Origin: Eledone cirrhosa
Lineage: Eukaryota
Reading direction: 5' to 3'
Length of the DNA stretch: 64,000 bases
Assembly: GCA_964016885.1 (NCBI GenBank)
Contig: OZ024740.1
Location: 339,512,001 to 339,576,000 of the forward strand
Of the stretch, positions 37,879 to 51,678 are shown in pieces. The notes below the pieces were generated by a model. The model saw only the letters and a list, made by a program, of their open reading frames with translations, searched no databases and was not told the DNA's origin. Position 1 is the first letter of the stretch. Every line of letters begins with the position of its first letter. The position numbers and the translations under genes were made by a program.

Positions 37879-38110
37879 ACACACACATATATATTAAATC
37901 GTGTGAAACCATTTCACTGGTTTGAGTGCTGATGAAGGTATAGGCAGTTATATTTTATATTTATACCTCAACATCATTTGCATACTCATCTTAGTAATTT
38001 GAAATATTTGACCTTTCTTCTCTTTCCCTTCTTTCCTTTAATATCCAGGAAAAACTTGAACTGTTAAGTTTTTCTTCCTGGTTATGTCAATATTTATAAA
38101 ATAAACTTTG

Positions 38111-38171
38111 TATTTTATCTGATGATGGCGTACCAAAGTTTTGGTACCCTTGAAATATATATAATAGAATA
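38111..38171 (+). ncRNA. Type I hammerhead ribozyme motif
   Basis: tattttat-CTGATGA-[tggc gtaccaaa..tttggtac cctt]-GAAAT-atat-ATA-atagaata. Confidence 0.72.
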
Positions 38172-38316
38172 AATATGGTTTTATAAATATAGTTTCCATT
38201 AATTTAATATCATTGTATATATATATGTATGTATGTATGCATGTATATGATGTATATGATGATTTCTCCCGAATGAAACAGTTCTAGTCCTGTAGAAGCC
38301 ATTTCTATATTAAATA

Positions 38317-38373
<57 letters not shown>

Positions 38374-38529
38374 TAAAATACAAATATTAATAAAATAGAT
38401 GTTCTTTTGATCAATTACATTTTATATTGTATATATATATATACAAGGATCGGAATTAGAGTATTCCGCAGTTCACAGTAATAATAATATTAGCTCAAAG
38501 AAAAACAGAGAATTTTCAACTGAGCTCAA

Positions 38530-38839
38530 ATACAAATATATTACACAGAGAGAAATGTGTTACACAGTGAGATATGTGTAAAGAATTATTACATGAGGGT
38601 TTAACCATTACTGTATGGAAAACAACACCTACAGGTTAGCAATTAAATAGAAAGAACCCTAAGTCAGAATCAAATCTCTGAATTAAAAATCTACTTCGGA
38701 GATTTGATTCTGACTTAGGGTTCTTTCTATTTAATTGCTAACCTGTAGGTGTTGTTTTCCATACAGTAATGGTTACACCCACATTCTTTACACACATCTC
38801 ACTGCGTAATACACTTCTCTCTGTGTAATATATTTGTAT
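38530..38839. repeat. Long inverted repeat (~150-bp arms, 12-nt spacer)
   Basis: The inner ~75 bp are perfectly complementary and the outer part is diverged. Embedded in (TA)n. Confidence 0.85.
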
Positions 38840-38913
38840 GTATATATATATATATGAAAAAGTATGACCCCGACAACAGAGCTCAAGCCATTTCGACGGC
38901 TATTTCTGGACTC

Positions 38914-39530
38914 AAAATAGAACCCTCTGCGCAATTGAAAGAGCTAGTATTTTGTGGGCACTTGCTGCTACTTATTGCACCAGAACACCGGCCACATGTA
39001 AAATCTATGTTCTTAGTTAGCTTACCTGTGATCCCACTACATCTTTTATGCACCCATACTTTGCATTTAGGACATAAAATGGAGTTTCTACCTACGCCTT
39101 TCCTACACACCGAGCACGACCATTTCCCAGAAGGGACCGCCGCCTTGTTTTCTTTCCTACAAACTAGTACTTTGGTCTTAGCCAGGTTAATTTTAAGTCC
39201 TTTTGACTCTAGGCCGTGCTTCCATGTTTGGAATTTCTTCTCTAGCTCGGCCATTGATTCCGCTATGAGTGTCAGGTCGTCTGCGTATAGGAGTTCCCAT
39301 GGGCAGCCTGTCTTGAACTCCTCTGTTATAGCCTGAAGGGCAATAATAAATAGTAGGGGGCTGAGAACAGAGCCCTGATGGACGCCAACTTTTACGCTAA
39401 ACTCTTCACTATATTCGTTGTTAATTCTAACCTTGCTGACTGTTTCTTTATACATGGCTTGTATAGCCCTCACAAGCCATTCGTCAACGCCTAGTTTTCT
39501 AAGAGCCCACCAGATAATGGAGCGGGGGAC
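38914..39530 (-). mobile_element. Internal RTE family B fragment (RT core + PHD-like finger)
   Basis: [48 protein letters not shown]...CGRC. Confidence 0.9.
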
Positions 39531-40642
<1,112 letters not shown>

Positions 40643-42455
40643 TCATCATCATCATCATTTAACGTCTATTTTCCATGCTTGCATGGGTTTATATGGGAAT
40701 TGTTCCACTTGAGACGAGATTGGTTGGCTTGCTCGTATAGGACTGTCTGGCGGGGTTTTCTACGGCTGGATGCCCTTCCTAATACCAACCACATTTACAG
40801 GGTGGACTGGGAGCTTTTTACCGTGTTACCTACACGGCCACATTACAGCTGGATATTGTGCTACCAACATAACTTTACATCGAAAGGGGTGGTGTAGATG
40901 AGGGTAGGGGTAGGAGTAGTGGTATGGGGATGTATTTTGGTTAGGAGGTGCCTACTGACTGTAGGTTTCACTTTGTACCTAGGCAAGGCGGGTCTTCTGT
41001 ATTACTGCGTAGCGCCAAAGATCTTGGTCCAGTGACATTTTCTTGGAGAGGTGTAAGTGTGTAAGATCGGAATTTATCAAGTCATCCCAGGTTTTTCTGG
41101 GTCTGCCTACTCCGTAGCTACCGTCTATTTTTATCGCCCTGCACTTTTTTATACAGCCGTCGTCTTTCATGCGCATCACGTGACCATACCAACGTAGTCT
41201 ACTCTCGAGTAAACAGCATCTGATCCCTCTTATTCCTAATTTCTCACTTAGTTCATTCATGCTTTGCCGCTCACGTATATAACTATTACACATCCAATGG
41301 AGCATGCAAGCTTCGTTCCTCTCCAGTCTGCATAGATACTCTGCACACAATGCACTCAATGCCCAAGTCTCACTGCCATACAACATTGCTGTTCGTTTGC
41401 AGGCATCATACAGTCTGCCTTTTATTTTTAGAGAGAAACCTTTAGCGACCAATAGTGGTATAAGCTCTCTGAACTTTTTCCATCCAGTTCTGACTCTAGC
41501 TACTGTACTTTCAGAGCACCCTCCCCCACTGCTGATTTTGTCACCCAGGTAACGGAAGGTGTCCACTATTTCTATAGAGCCATCTGGGCAATGGAATGAG
41601 CTAGTATTCTGTGGGCACTTGCTACTACTTTTTGCACCTGAGCACCGGCCACATATAGAATCTATATTCTTAGTTAGCTTACGTGTGATCCCACTACATC
41701 TTTTATGCACCCATACTTTGCATTTGGGACATAAAATGGAGTTTCTGCCTACTCTTTCCTACACACTGAGCATGGCCATTTCTCAGAGGGAACCAGTGCC
41801 CTATTTTCCTTCCTACATACTAGAACTTTAGTCTTAGACAAGTTAATTTTAAGGCCTTTTGATTCTAGGCCATGCTTCCATGTTTGGAATTTCTTCTCTA
41901 ATTCAGCCATTGATTCAGCTATGAGCGTTAGATCATCTGCGTATAGAAGTTCCCATGGGCAGTTGGTCTTATACTCCTCAGTTATAGCCTGAAGGGCAAT
42001 AATAAAATGGAGGGGGCTAAGGACGGAGCCCTGATGAACACCAACTTTTAAGCTAAACTCTTCACTATATTTGTTGCTGACTGTTTCTTTATACATGGCT
42101 TGTATAGCTCGCACAAGCCATTCATCAACACCTAGTTTTCTGAGAGCCCACTAGATAATGGGGCTTGGGACTCTGTCAAAGGCTTTCTCCAAGTCAACAA
42201 AAGCTAAGTATAGGGGTTTACTTTTAACTAGGTACTTCTCCTGTAGTTGTCATACAAGGAAAAGAGCATCTGTGGTGCTTTTACCTGACACAAACCCAAA
42301 CTGCATTTCATCTAGATCAATTCGCTCTCTGATTAGTTGCGCTATTACTTTTTCTGTGACCTTCATGACCTAGTCAATTAATTTAATGCCTCTATAGTTT
42401 CCCCTATCTAGGGCATCTGCTTTACCTTTGTAGCAGTTAATGATGATGCTGCTAT
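40643..42455 (-). mobile_element. 5'-truncated, frameshifted RTE family B copy
   Basis: Translated pieces 41749-42114 (YADD) and 40979-41710, followed by the 3' UTR and (gat)n tail. Confidence 0.9.
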
Positions 42456-42474
42456 ATATGTATGTATATATATT

Positions 42475-42506
<32 letters not shown>

Positions 42507-42544
42507 TATGTATATATATTTATATATATATATATACTTATATG

Positions 42545-42583
<39 letters not shown>

Positions 42584-42890
42584 GGTGTTGGATGCTTAAA
42601 GCATCCGTATGCGGTAGACCATAATAGCACTCGATGCTCTCATAGAGCAGAGTATGATATATATGATATATAAGATATATATATATAAATGTGTAGCAGC
42701 AATGACGGTGCCTCAGCATGGCCTCAGCCGGATGGTTACAACAGGTAAAAGAGTAAAAGAGATATGTATTTATATATGTATTTTATATATATGTATTTTC
42801 CTTCCTACATATTTATATATATATGTATTTATATATATAAAGGAGGCACATGGCTTAGTGGTTAGAGCATATATATGTATATTATATATA

Positions 42891-43893
42891 TCATCATCAT
42901 CATCATCATCACCGTTTTACATCCGTTCTTCCACGCTAGCATGGGTTAGACGGGTTGTCCTGTTGTGGGCAGTATCTGGTCGGCTGACCATGCCTTGCTC
43001 ATACAGGAACTGATTTGGCTTGATTTCTACAGCTGGATGCCCTTCCTAACACCAACCTCATTTACAGTGAGTGCTGGCTGCTTTTTCGTGGTGCCTACAC
43101 GTCCACTTTACAGTGTGGGCTGGGTGCTTTTTTGCCGTGGCACCTCCACGACCACATTGCGGTGGGGGCATATTGTCTATATGATTCAGCTTGTACCCAT
43201 GGGAGGTCGGGTACTCTGCATTACTGCATGACGCCAGAGGTCACGGTCGTGTGTCATCACCTTTGAGAGGTGTAATTGGGTATAGTCGGCTTTTATCACC
43301 TCATCCCAGGTCATCTTGGGTCACTCCACTCCGCGGTTTCCATCGACTTCTAGTGCTCTGCACCTTTTTATACAGCTGTCGTCCTTCATATGCATCACAT
43401 GTCCATACCAGCGCAACCGCCTCTCCTGCACACAGCATTTGATTCTTCCTATGCTCAGTCTCTCTCTCAATTCATTTATGCTTTGTCGTTCACGTATATT
43501 ACTGTTACACATCCATCGGAGCATGCAAGCTTCGTTTCTCTCTAATCTACGTAATTCTTCCACCTTCAGTGCCCAGGTCTCACTACCATGCAACATCGCT
43601 GTTCGGATACACGCATCATACAGTCTGCCTTTCATTTTGAGGGAGAAGCCTTTTGCAGCTAGCAGTGGTAGTAGTTCCCTAAACTTCTTCCATCCCGTTC
43701 TTACCCTAGTTATTGTACTTTCTGAACACCCACATCCGCTGCTAATTCGGTCACCTAGGTAGCAGAAGCTGTCTACTGTTTCTACAGAACCCTTCCAGAG
43801 ATTGGTGGTACTTGTTTCCTGTGGCTGTTTGCTGCTTGCTGTCCCAGCACAGCTGCTGCATGTGAAGCCTACATTCTTAATTAAGCTTCCTGT
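42891..43893 (-). mobile_element. 5'-truncated copy of a diverged RTE family B subfamily
   Basis: MLHGSETWALKVEELRRLERNEACMLRWMC. The 3' UTR is variant but the tail motif is the same. Confidence 0.85.
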
Positions 43894-43944
43894 GTATATA
43901 TATATGTGTGTGTATATATATGTATATTTATTATATATATTTAT

Positions 43945-44281
43945 GGCTTAGTGGTTAGAGCATTGGCCTTGCAATCGAAAGGTTGTGAGTTCAATTCTCA
44001 GACCGAGTGATGAGTTGTTTCCTTGAGCAAGACACTTTATTTCACATTGCTCCAGTTTACTCAGCTGTAGAAATGAGATGATAGGGACTGGGGTCCATAT
44101 CATTCCACTGAAAAGTGGTCGTGGAGGTGCCACGGCAAAAAAGCACCCAGCACTCACTGTAAATGAGGTTGGTGTTAGGAAGGGCATCCAGCTGTAGAAA
44201 TCAAGCCAAAATCAGTTCCCGTCCGACCCTTGCAAGCAGGGAAAAAGCAGGCGTAAAATGAAATGATGATGATGATGATGA
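43945..44281 (+). mobile_element. tRNA-derived SINE, same family, full length
   Basis: tggcttagtggttagagcattggcc...gagttcaattctc...ccttgagcaagacacttt...ggaagggcatccagc...(gat)n. Confidence 0.87.
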
Positions 44282-44336
44282 TATATATTTATATATATAT
44301 TTATATATATATGTATTTATATATATATGTATTTAT

Positions 44337-45124
44337 AGGTTTGTTGGTTCACCACTGGATAGAATTGGTCATTCCGTATGGTCAATCTTGATGTAATATT
44401 ATGGAGAGTACTCAACGTAGTGCAGTTCACCCGTCTTCGTTTGTGTAGTTGGTGGTGCTAATATGGAGTTAATTATTGTAAATAAAATGATAGGAGCTGG
44501 ACTGGTGTAAATCCTTGAAAAGTTTATTATACCATGATCATTTCAATGACCGGGTTCCATATGAATCCGTTGATATCATCAGGTTTTCGAAATATAACAA
44601 AGGAATATATAAAATCCATGGGTCCGAAATCAGAGACAGAGAGGACGACTGACCAACTAGCTGCTTTCACCTCGGTCAGTCGCCCTCAAGTGATTGCAAC
44701 TCGGTCTACTAAGCGAAGGCTTATAATGTACTACCACCTCTCCGTCAGAGAATAAAAAAAGAAGAAAGAAAGAAAGAAGGAAAGAAGAAAAGTCAGCGTA
44801 AGGGTCACACTACAGTCATGCTAGAAGACGCCCCGAAAAATGTTATTCCATCTTGATAACTTATCGAGATTCCCTATAATACACTTAAACTTTTTCATAT
44901 AAGACTCTCTCGGTAATTTCATTAAATAATTCTCGCAACACAAACCTTTAATTTTCTATTAATTTTCTAATAATTTAATTTCATCCTATAATTCTTAACA
45001 TAAGTTAACGTTCCAATTTTCTGTTCACACATTAGACCATACAGACACCCATATATATGCGTTTGTTAAAATATGGGTTCTTTGGAATAACATTTTTCGC
45101 GGTGTCTTCTAGCATGACTGTAGT
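44337..45124 (-). mobile_element. Penelope-like remnant with degenerate hammerhead and 42-bp inverted repeat
   Basis: Minus strand CTGATGA...GAAAT-gatc-ATG (44530-44587), ttgagtactc motif at 44406-44415, inverted repeat 44809-44850 / 45082-45124. Confidence 0.5.
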
Positions 45125-45871
45125 CCTCTTTACTGTAGTCCTCTTTACTGATGGCTTATAATTCTCACAACTAGACTCCTATCTCTCCTTCTTGGTTGAT
45201 TTGTACACTTACTTTTGATATATATATATATATTTCTGTTTACCTTTTATACACACACACACACACACACATATATATGGATATATATATGTGTGTGTGT
45301 GTATGTATATATATATATATGTATATGTGTGTGTGTGTGTGTGTGCATGTGTGTATGCATGTATGTATGTATATGGCTATACAGAAACAGAGTGGTGGTG
45401 CTGGTGCTGGTGGTGGTGGTTCCACTAGCTCTAGTGGTGCCACAAGTGATGATGACTATTGTGGAGCCTTAAGTAGAACCTGTCTTCAAATGCAGTTATT
45501 GTCTCTTCAGAATATTAATGGTTTCCTGATTACAATGACCTCTTTATCTTGTAAATATCAACTCTTCTCTATACACTTGTCTCTTTTTAACTTCTCTCTC
45601 TCTCTCCATAAATGTATTTTCTATATGTGTGAACTGTGTAAATGTGTGTTTCTATGTTTCTATATGTCTCTCTATACAGGGTGTGTCTATATGACTGTCC
45701 ATGTATACCATTTGTGTGTGCGTATGTATGTGTGTGTGTGCACTTGGTCATATATCTGTGTGTCTATATTCAGCCTTTTTTTCTATATACATGCATGTGT
45801 TTTTATGTCTGTTTTCCAAATGTGTGTCTATGTGTGTGTGTGTCTCTCTCTCTCTATATATATATATATAT

Positions 45872-46039
45872 AACGAAGGAATTGTGGTAAGGAACCAGAT
45901 GGACCATAACGCACCAGAGTACTCAATACTTAGGGTAGTAGAGTGGGAAATAGGAAATAGGTAGTAGAGTGGGAAATAGGGTCCAGAAATAGCCGTCGAA
46001 ACGGCTTGAGCTCTGCCGTCGGGGTCATACTTTTTCCTG

Positions 46040-46071
<32 letters not shown>

Positions 46072-47063
46072 AGCAGATGGGATATTCAATTACAAATATA
46101 GTTTCCATTTATTTAATATCATTGTATATATATATATATTATTAGGGTAAACATTGATGCAATTCAATTCAAGCACTCGACGTACTTTTTCCACATAGGA
46201 GTGACGGAACAAGGGAACGGATGAAAAACCCAAAAGCACGAACTTCATCCGTTCCCATGTCGATTCAATTTGGATTGCCTCGGAAACAACCTTATTATGT
46301 AACAAGCTGTCTGATGATGTCACGACACTCGCACACAGAACAGTGTGGCCAGTGTCGTCATTGAAATATATATCACAGCATCATTATTATTAAAGGACTT
46401 GAACATCTGAAACTACTTCGCTTTTCCTTATTCGATATTTACTCCGTCACTCCTATGTGGAAAAAGTACGTTGAGTGCTTGAATTGAATTGCATCAATGT
46501 TTACCCTAATAATTAAGCTCCGATTAGTTGAGCGCTCTATGATGTAACCGATATGGTGGAGAAGAGAGGAACCAACCAAGAGCTACCCCGGAAATCCCCT
46601 CTATCATGGGGATGAAAAACCCCTGACACTGGACGGGCGTAATAGTATCTTTCGGCAGGATAAATACGCGGAAACAAAAAATAAAAATAAAAAATAAGAT
46701 AAACCCCTATTTTCCTGCACCAAATCGCTTCTGAACAGAGGCCCCCCTCAATTCAATCTATACATGGACAGATGGACAATCATATGGATCATTTTACATA
46801 TATGTACTCTGTGTTTTTGCATTTATTCACTATTGTCTCTGTTCTTTTCTTTTCTTTTGTGTACTTTTTGTCTGTTTTTCTTTGACTCTGTTCCATGTGA
46901 TGGAGAGTATGACCGTGTAACGGATTGACTAATGCCTTGAACCATGCGGTTTGAGCTCTGCCGTCGGAGTCATCCTTTCTCCTATTACGCACTCTACTAC
47001 CCTAAGTATTGAGTACTCTGGTGCGTTATGGTCTATCTGGTTCCTTACCACAACTCCTCTGTT
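45872..47063. mobile_element. Cluster of nested Penelope-like remnants with two pairs of inverted repeats
   Basis: Inverted repeats 45872-45955 / 46980-47063 and 46141-46208 / 46443-46510, hammerhead at 46306, half hammerhead GAAACGGC..GCCGTC at 45998-46030. Confidence 0.6.
46306..46379 (+). ncRNA. Type I hammerhead ribozyme motif
   Basis: gctgt-CTGATGA-[..acgacact...agtgtcgt..]-GAAAT-atat-ATC-acagc. Confidence 0.8.
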
Positions 47064-50000
47064 ATATATATATATATATATGGTCATGATGGCAACATGA
47101 CAAAAAGCACCCAGTACTTACTGTAAATGTGGTTGGTGTTAGGAAGGGCATCCAGATGTATACACATACATTCACACACACACATTATATTTGTGAGTTA
47201 TGTGTTTGTTATAATGTATACCAATGTGTTTGTGTATGGATGTGTTTTCATGTTTATCCATGTGTGCATGTTTCCATATTGATGTGAGTGTGCTTCCTTG
47301 TGTATCAATGTGTGTGTGTTTCTTTTATTGAACAGTCAGCTGTCTTTAAGTTGATATGAGTCAACTACATGGTGACAGCTATGTATAAAAGAACACCTAA
47401 ATGTTGTGAGTTAACCACATGGAGTTAAGGTGACTGATAAGACATTGGGTCAAAGTAGCTACACGATGTGAAGCAAGTACAAGAAAGAGCATATACACAC
47501 ATTGTGAAGAAACTACACTGAAAACAACCTCTTCATAGTATGAGGAAGTTACATAGAAAAAGCACCTACATGGTGTATCTATATGATTTATTTTAAGCCC
47601 TGTCATGTAATCTACTATTTTAGGATATCTGATATCTAATGTATATAAATATCATATATCATTATTGGTTATTTATTGATTTATGTTAATATCAAGTTTT
47701 CTTCCTCTCACTATGGTGCATTTAATAATTTAACTGTTTTTAATGCCCTGCTGAATGGAGGAATGTTGGTTTTTATTATTGCCAATCTAATATTAAGAGA
47801 ATAATATATCTGATATGTGCTCTTCGGGTGCAAGTATTTTGGTTACTTACATAAAATCCAGTACAAATAACAGTGATTGCAGTTTTTCTCTGTCCTGCTA
47901 TGAATAGAAGTAGCCTGCAGTGATCTATCTACAAGCTTCCATTGACAAAAGCCTCTCTCTCTCCAACAATGACCAGCTATTAGAAAGGAAGTGCTACAAC
48001 TGATCTTTAATCAAACTGAATTGTGTGTGCAAATATCTGTTTCTTACAAGATATTCTCCTCCTCGAGATAATATAAAACTTGAGAGAGAAAGAGAGAGAG
48101 AGAGAAAGTAAGAGAGAGGGAGAGTGAGTGAGTAAGTTTACTAGGTTAGTTTTAAAAAAACAGAAAGAAATACTTTTTTTTATGAAAGGAGTGTTCGAGA
48201 TGTAATTATGATACATGTCAGAAAAGACTGTTTTGTGTGTTTTTATTAATTTTCTTTATAAGGAATTTTCAAATAATAGCCTTTATATTTCTAGCAAAAT
48301 ATGATAATACCCTTAAGATTAATATTTGAAAATAATACACTTATTTTTTTTTTTCTATTACAAAATTATTAAATTATACTAAATTTTTACACATGATTCT
48401 TTATATTTAGTGAAAATTTATTTTCGATATTTTATTTACCATTTTTCATTCAATAAATTTATGCTCTAAAGTGCAATATATATATATATATATATATTTA
48501 ATCTGTTTCTTAATTATATATTTTAGCAGTTCTACTCACAATGTCAATGGCATATCTTCTATCCCTCTATCAGTTCTAGAAACCTCCCTAATAATCTAAA
48601 TAAAATAGTACAATGCTTTCTCTATCAACAAATATACGTATATATTTTATTGAAATAAAAAAATATCTATCTACTCTAAGCCAGCATTGGACAGGAAATG
48701 TTCTATTTATATGCTTTATTGTTGCCAAAATATAAATAACTAGATAAATAAAATGAATGGAAGAAAATATTTTCCATCAATAATTCTCCTGACTTTGTCA
48801 TAACTTGCATCTTTGCCAAATGCATAGACTCTAAAATTAAAAAAATAAATAAATAAAGGTTCATTTGGCATACATCAAACATCCTTTGTCTCATCTAGGC
48901 AGCTGTACATTCTGGTTATTGGCCAAATGCATTGCAGTCTTCCAGTTATTAGCAGGTCAATATTATGCTATTCTGATTTTTAAAATCAACATTTTTCAAA
49001 ATATCTATCCACTGTATATTATACTGTATGATTATTAAATATAAACTAACCTGTTTTCCTCCAAACCTAATCTCATCTCACTGAATACAATACCCAACAA
49101 GTAAACCCTCAATTTACTTTCAATGTATAGAAGAGATTTGAAGCTGATGAATTGGCTGAGTTGTTAGAGTTTAAATGCCTCACATTATATGTTCCAGCTC
49201 TATGGGCTCTGAGTTCAAATTCTGCTGGTCAACTTTGCATTTCATTCTTTTTAGGTTAATTTGTGATATCTCATTAAAACCTTCATATTTTTAGTTCACT
49301 TGTGATAACATTGGTGCCAAGCTATTAATATATTTGCCTGTGCCTTTCTCTTGGACAGCATCAATCACATGGTGGGAGGAAATATGAATGAATGAGTGAC
49401 TGCTGGTCTTGACAAAATTCCTTGCTCAAGATCCATATTTACATGAGGTCTCATGTATGAAAGAGATTCCATTGACAATCTTCTAACATTGACTCCAATC
49501 ATTTATTTCATATCTTGTTTATTTTTTTATTCTTTAAAGCAGTCTATAAAGGGTTAGAGTTTATGCCACAATAAAATGTCTCCAATTTACTATGTAAAGG
49601 GGTTGGTATTAGGTATGGCACCCAGCCATTAGAAACCATGCCAAATATGAAACATAAGAGCAAAACATGATTCCCAAATCAGTCTTGCCTTGGACCATAA
49701 CAACCCATCCAACTCCTGCAAGCATGGAGAGCTACCATTAAATGATGATGGTGATGATGATATTTCTTTTTCACCTTTCCATGTCTGATAAACTGCTGTA
49801 GATGTCTAGGAGATAACTCATTATTTCAGATAACAAGAAGAATGTTTCCTCTTTGAGTTATCAGATAAAGATTGGTAACTCTCATTAGACATACTAACTA
49901 AAGATTAGCAACTCTCAAGAGATACTCTAGCTTAAGATTTTTATCTCCCAGTTATAGAAGCAAAAACTAAAGTTTGTAACTACTGCAGAACACTTCTCTG

Positions 50001-50649
50001 TAGAATGTTATTCTTAAAGTGAAACATTGTTTGCACTATAAAGAGGTTTCAGTTAGTTCATTGTTATATTTTCATGGTTTCCCCCAAGAATAAATATATT
50101 TTCCCAACCTGTCTATCTTATTTTTAAACTATTAATTCTACTGCTGATTCTTAATACTTGGTCTTGTTAATTTTGACAATGAGCATTCAGTTGTTTGATC
50201 AACTGAACATCAAAGTAATGAGTAGAAAACCTTTGATCATAGATCTGCTCAATCAGAAAGATGGCAGAGTTGTTAAGGGCCATCAGGTTAAATATACTTC
50301 AGTATTTGTTCTAATTCACAGTGCTCTGAATTCAAATCCTACCAAAGTCAACTTTGCCTTTCATCCTTTCGGGGATAAATAATGTACCAGTCCTGCACTG
50401 GGGTTGATTCTTTCTTTCTCTGAAAGAAATCAGTTTTGTTTTGGCCTGGTGAGAGATGGGCTCCGCCAGGTTTATAATGCCCAAGACATGATATGTGTCA
50501 GGTCAGCACTTGTATAACTCCATCAGGAGTTAGGAGCCATTAAACTTTACTTGCTCAATCAGAGCTAACGTGGACTGAATAACAATAACATGTAGAACAT
50601 GCTAAATATGTATACATACATACATAAACACATACATTGATGATGATGT

Positions 50650-50684
<35 letters not shown>

Positions 50685-51678
50685 GCTGCAATTCGATTTT
50701 GAGTAATGTCATCATTTGATACTTAAGCAGGAGCATCATGGACGTGGTTTTAATCCTGCTAGGAACTTACCTATGGCCAGCTATACCACGCATTGCAAAA
50801 AATGTCACATATCAAGTGATGCCTGTGCTTGAAGCTTTTTTAAGTGAGGAAAGGCTTTGCACTGGGCCAATCCTACTGAACATCGAATGCATTTACCCAA
50901 AAAGCAGAACATACATGCATGCATACACACATACATAGAGACATACACATATATATGTGCATGTGTGTGTGCACTGATTAACCAGTGCTTTGAAATAAAA
51001 GTACCACGTGATATTTGTTACACCTGAGTTGCACAAATACTCCCTTGTTTTTCCTGATATCAGAAATTTGATGAAACAGTGATTGGCTTGTTTAAAAACC
51101 TGTAACGATCAACTTTATTGTTCACAAAAGTCAAAATAAAATAAAAACCAATAAAATATATAAATACACAAATAAATAATAAAAAATAAACAAACAAATG
51201 ATCAAATAAACAAATAAATAATTGACACAGCTACACTATTGACTGAATAAATCTTTGATCAGATGTCTCTTTATTATAGATCTTCTGCTAAAGTAGACCT
51301 GATTGGGATTACTCAACCATGATTAGACATAGCCAGACAATACGTGATGTAGTTGCTGTTGTTGTTATTTAGCCACTAGGTCAGCCCTGATCAAGCAGCA
51401 AGCCTATGATCAAAGGTGTCTACAGCTTTCTGTGGCATAAGTAGACCACTATAGAGGCAGAAACAGACAAGTGGGAACAGTTATCTGGATTGGTGTGTGT
51501 GTGTGAGAGAGAGAGAGACAGTGTGTATGTGTATGTGTATGAGTGTGTGTGTGAAAGACAGAGAGAGATAGTGTGTGTGTGTAGTTTTTGTGTGTACTGT
51601 GTAAAGTATTGTGTAAGACACATGCACTGTGCATGTGTTGTGTAATGTATGTCTATGTATTATGTGATATGTGTGTGT

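Noticed and set aside
37924-37990. Possible additional hammerheads (also ~33340-33392, 17053, 36185, and the 50455/58000 repeat pair)
   Set aside because: The GAAA or CUGANGA core is mutated or absent, so they are too degenerate to call.
43945-44010. tRNA gene
   Set aside because: A/B boxes are present but there is no complete cloverleaf. It is the SINE head.
50690-50900. Possible minus-strand exon ending at ag|gtaagt (~50771)
   Set aside because: All three frames have stops over the stretch and there is no convincing acceptor.
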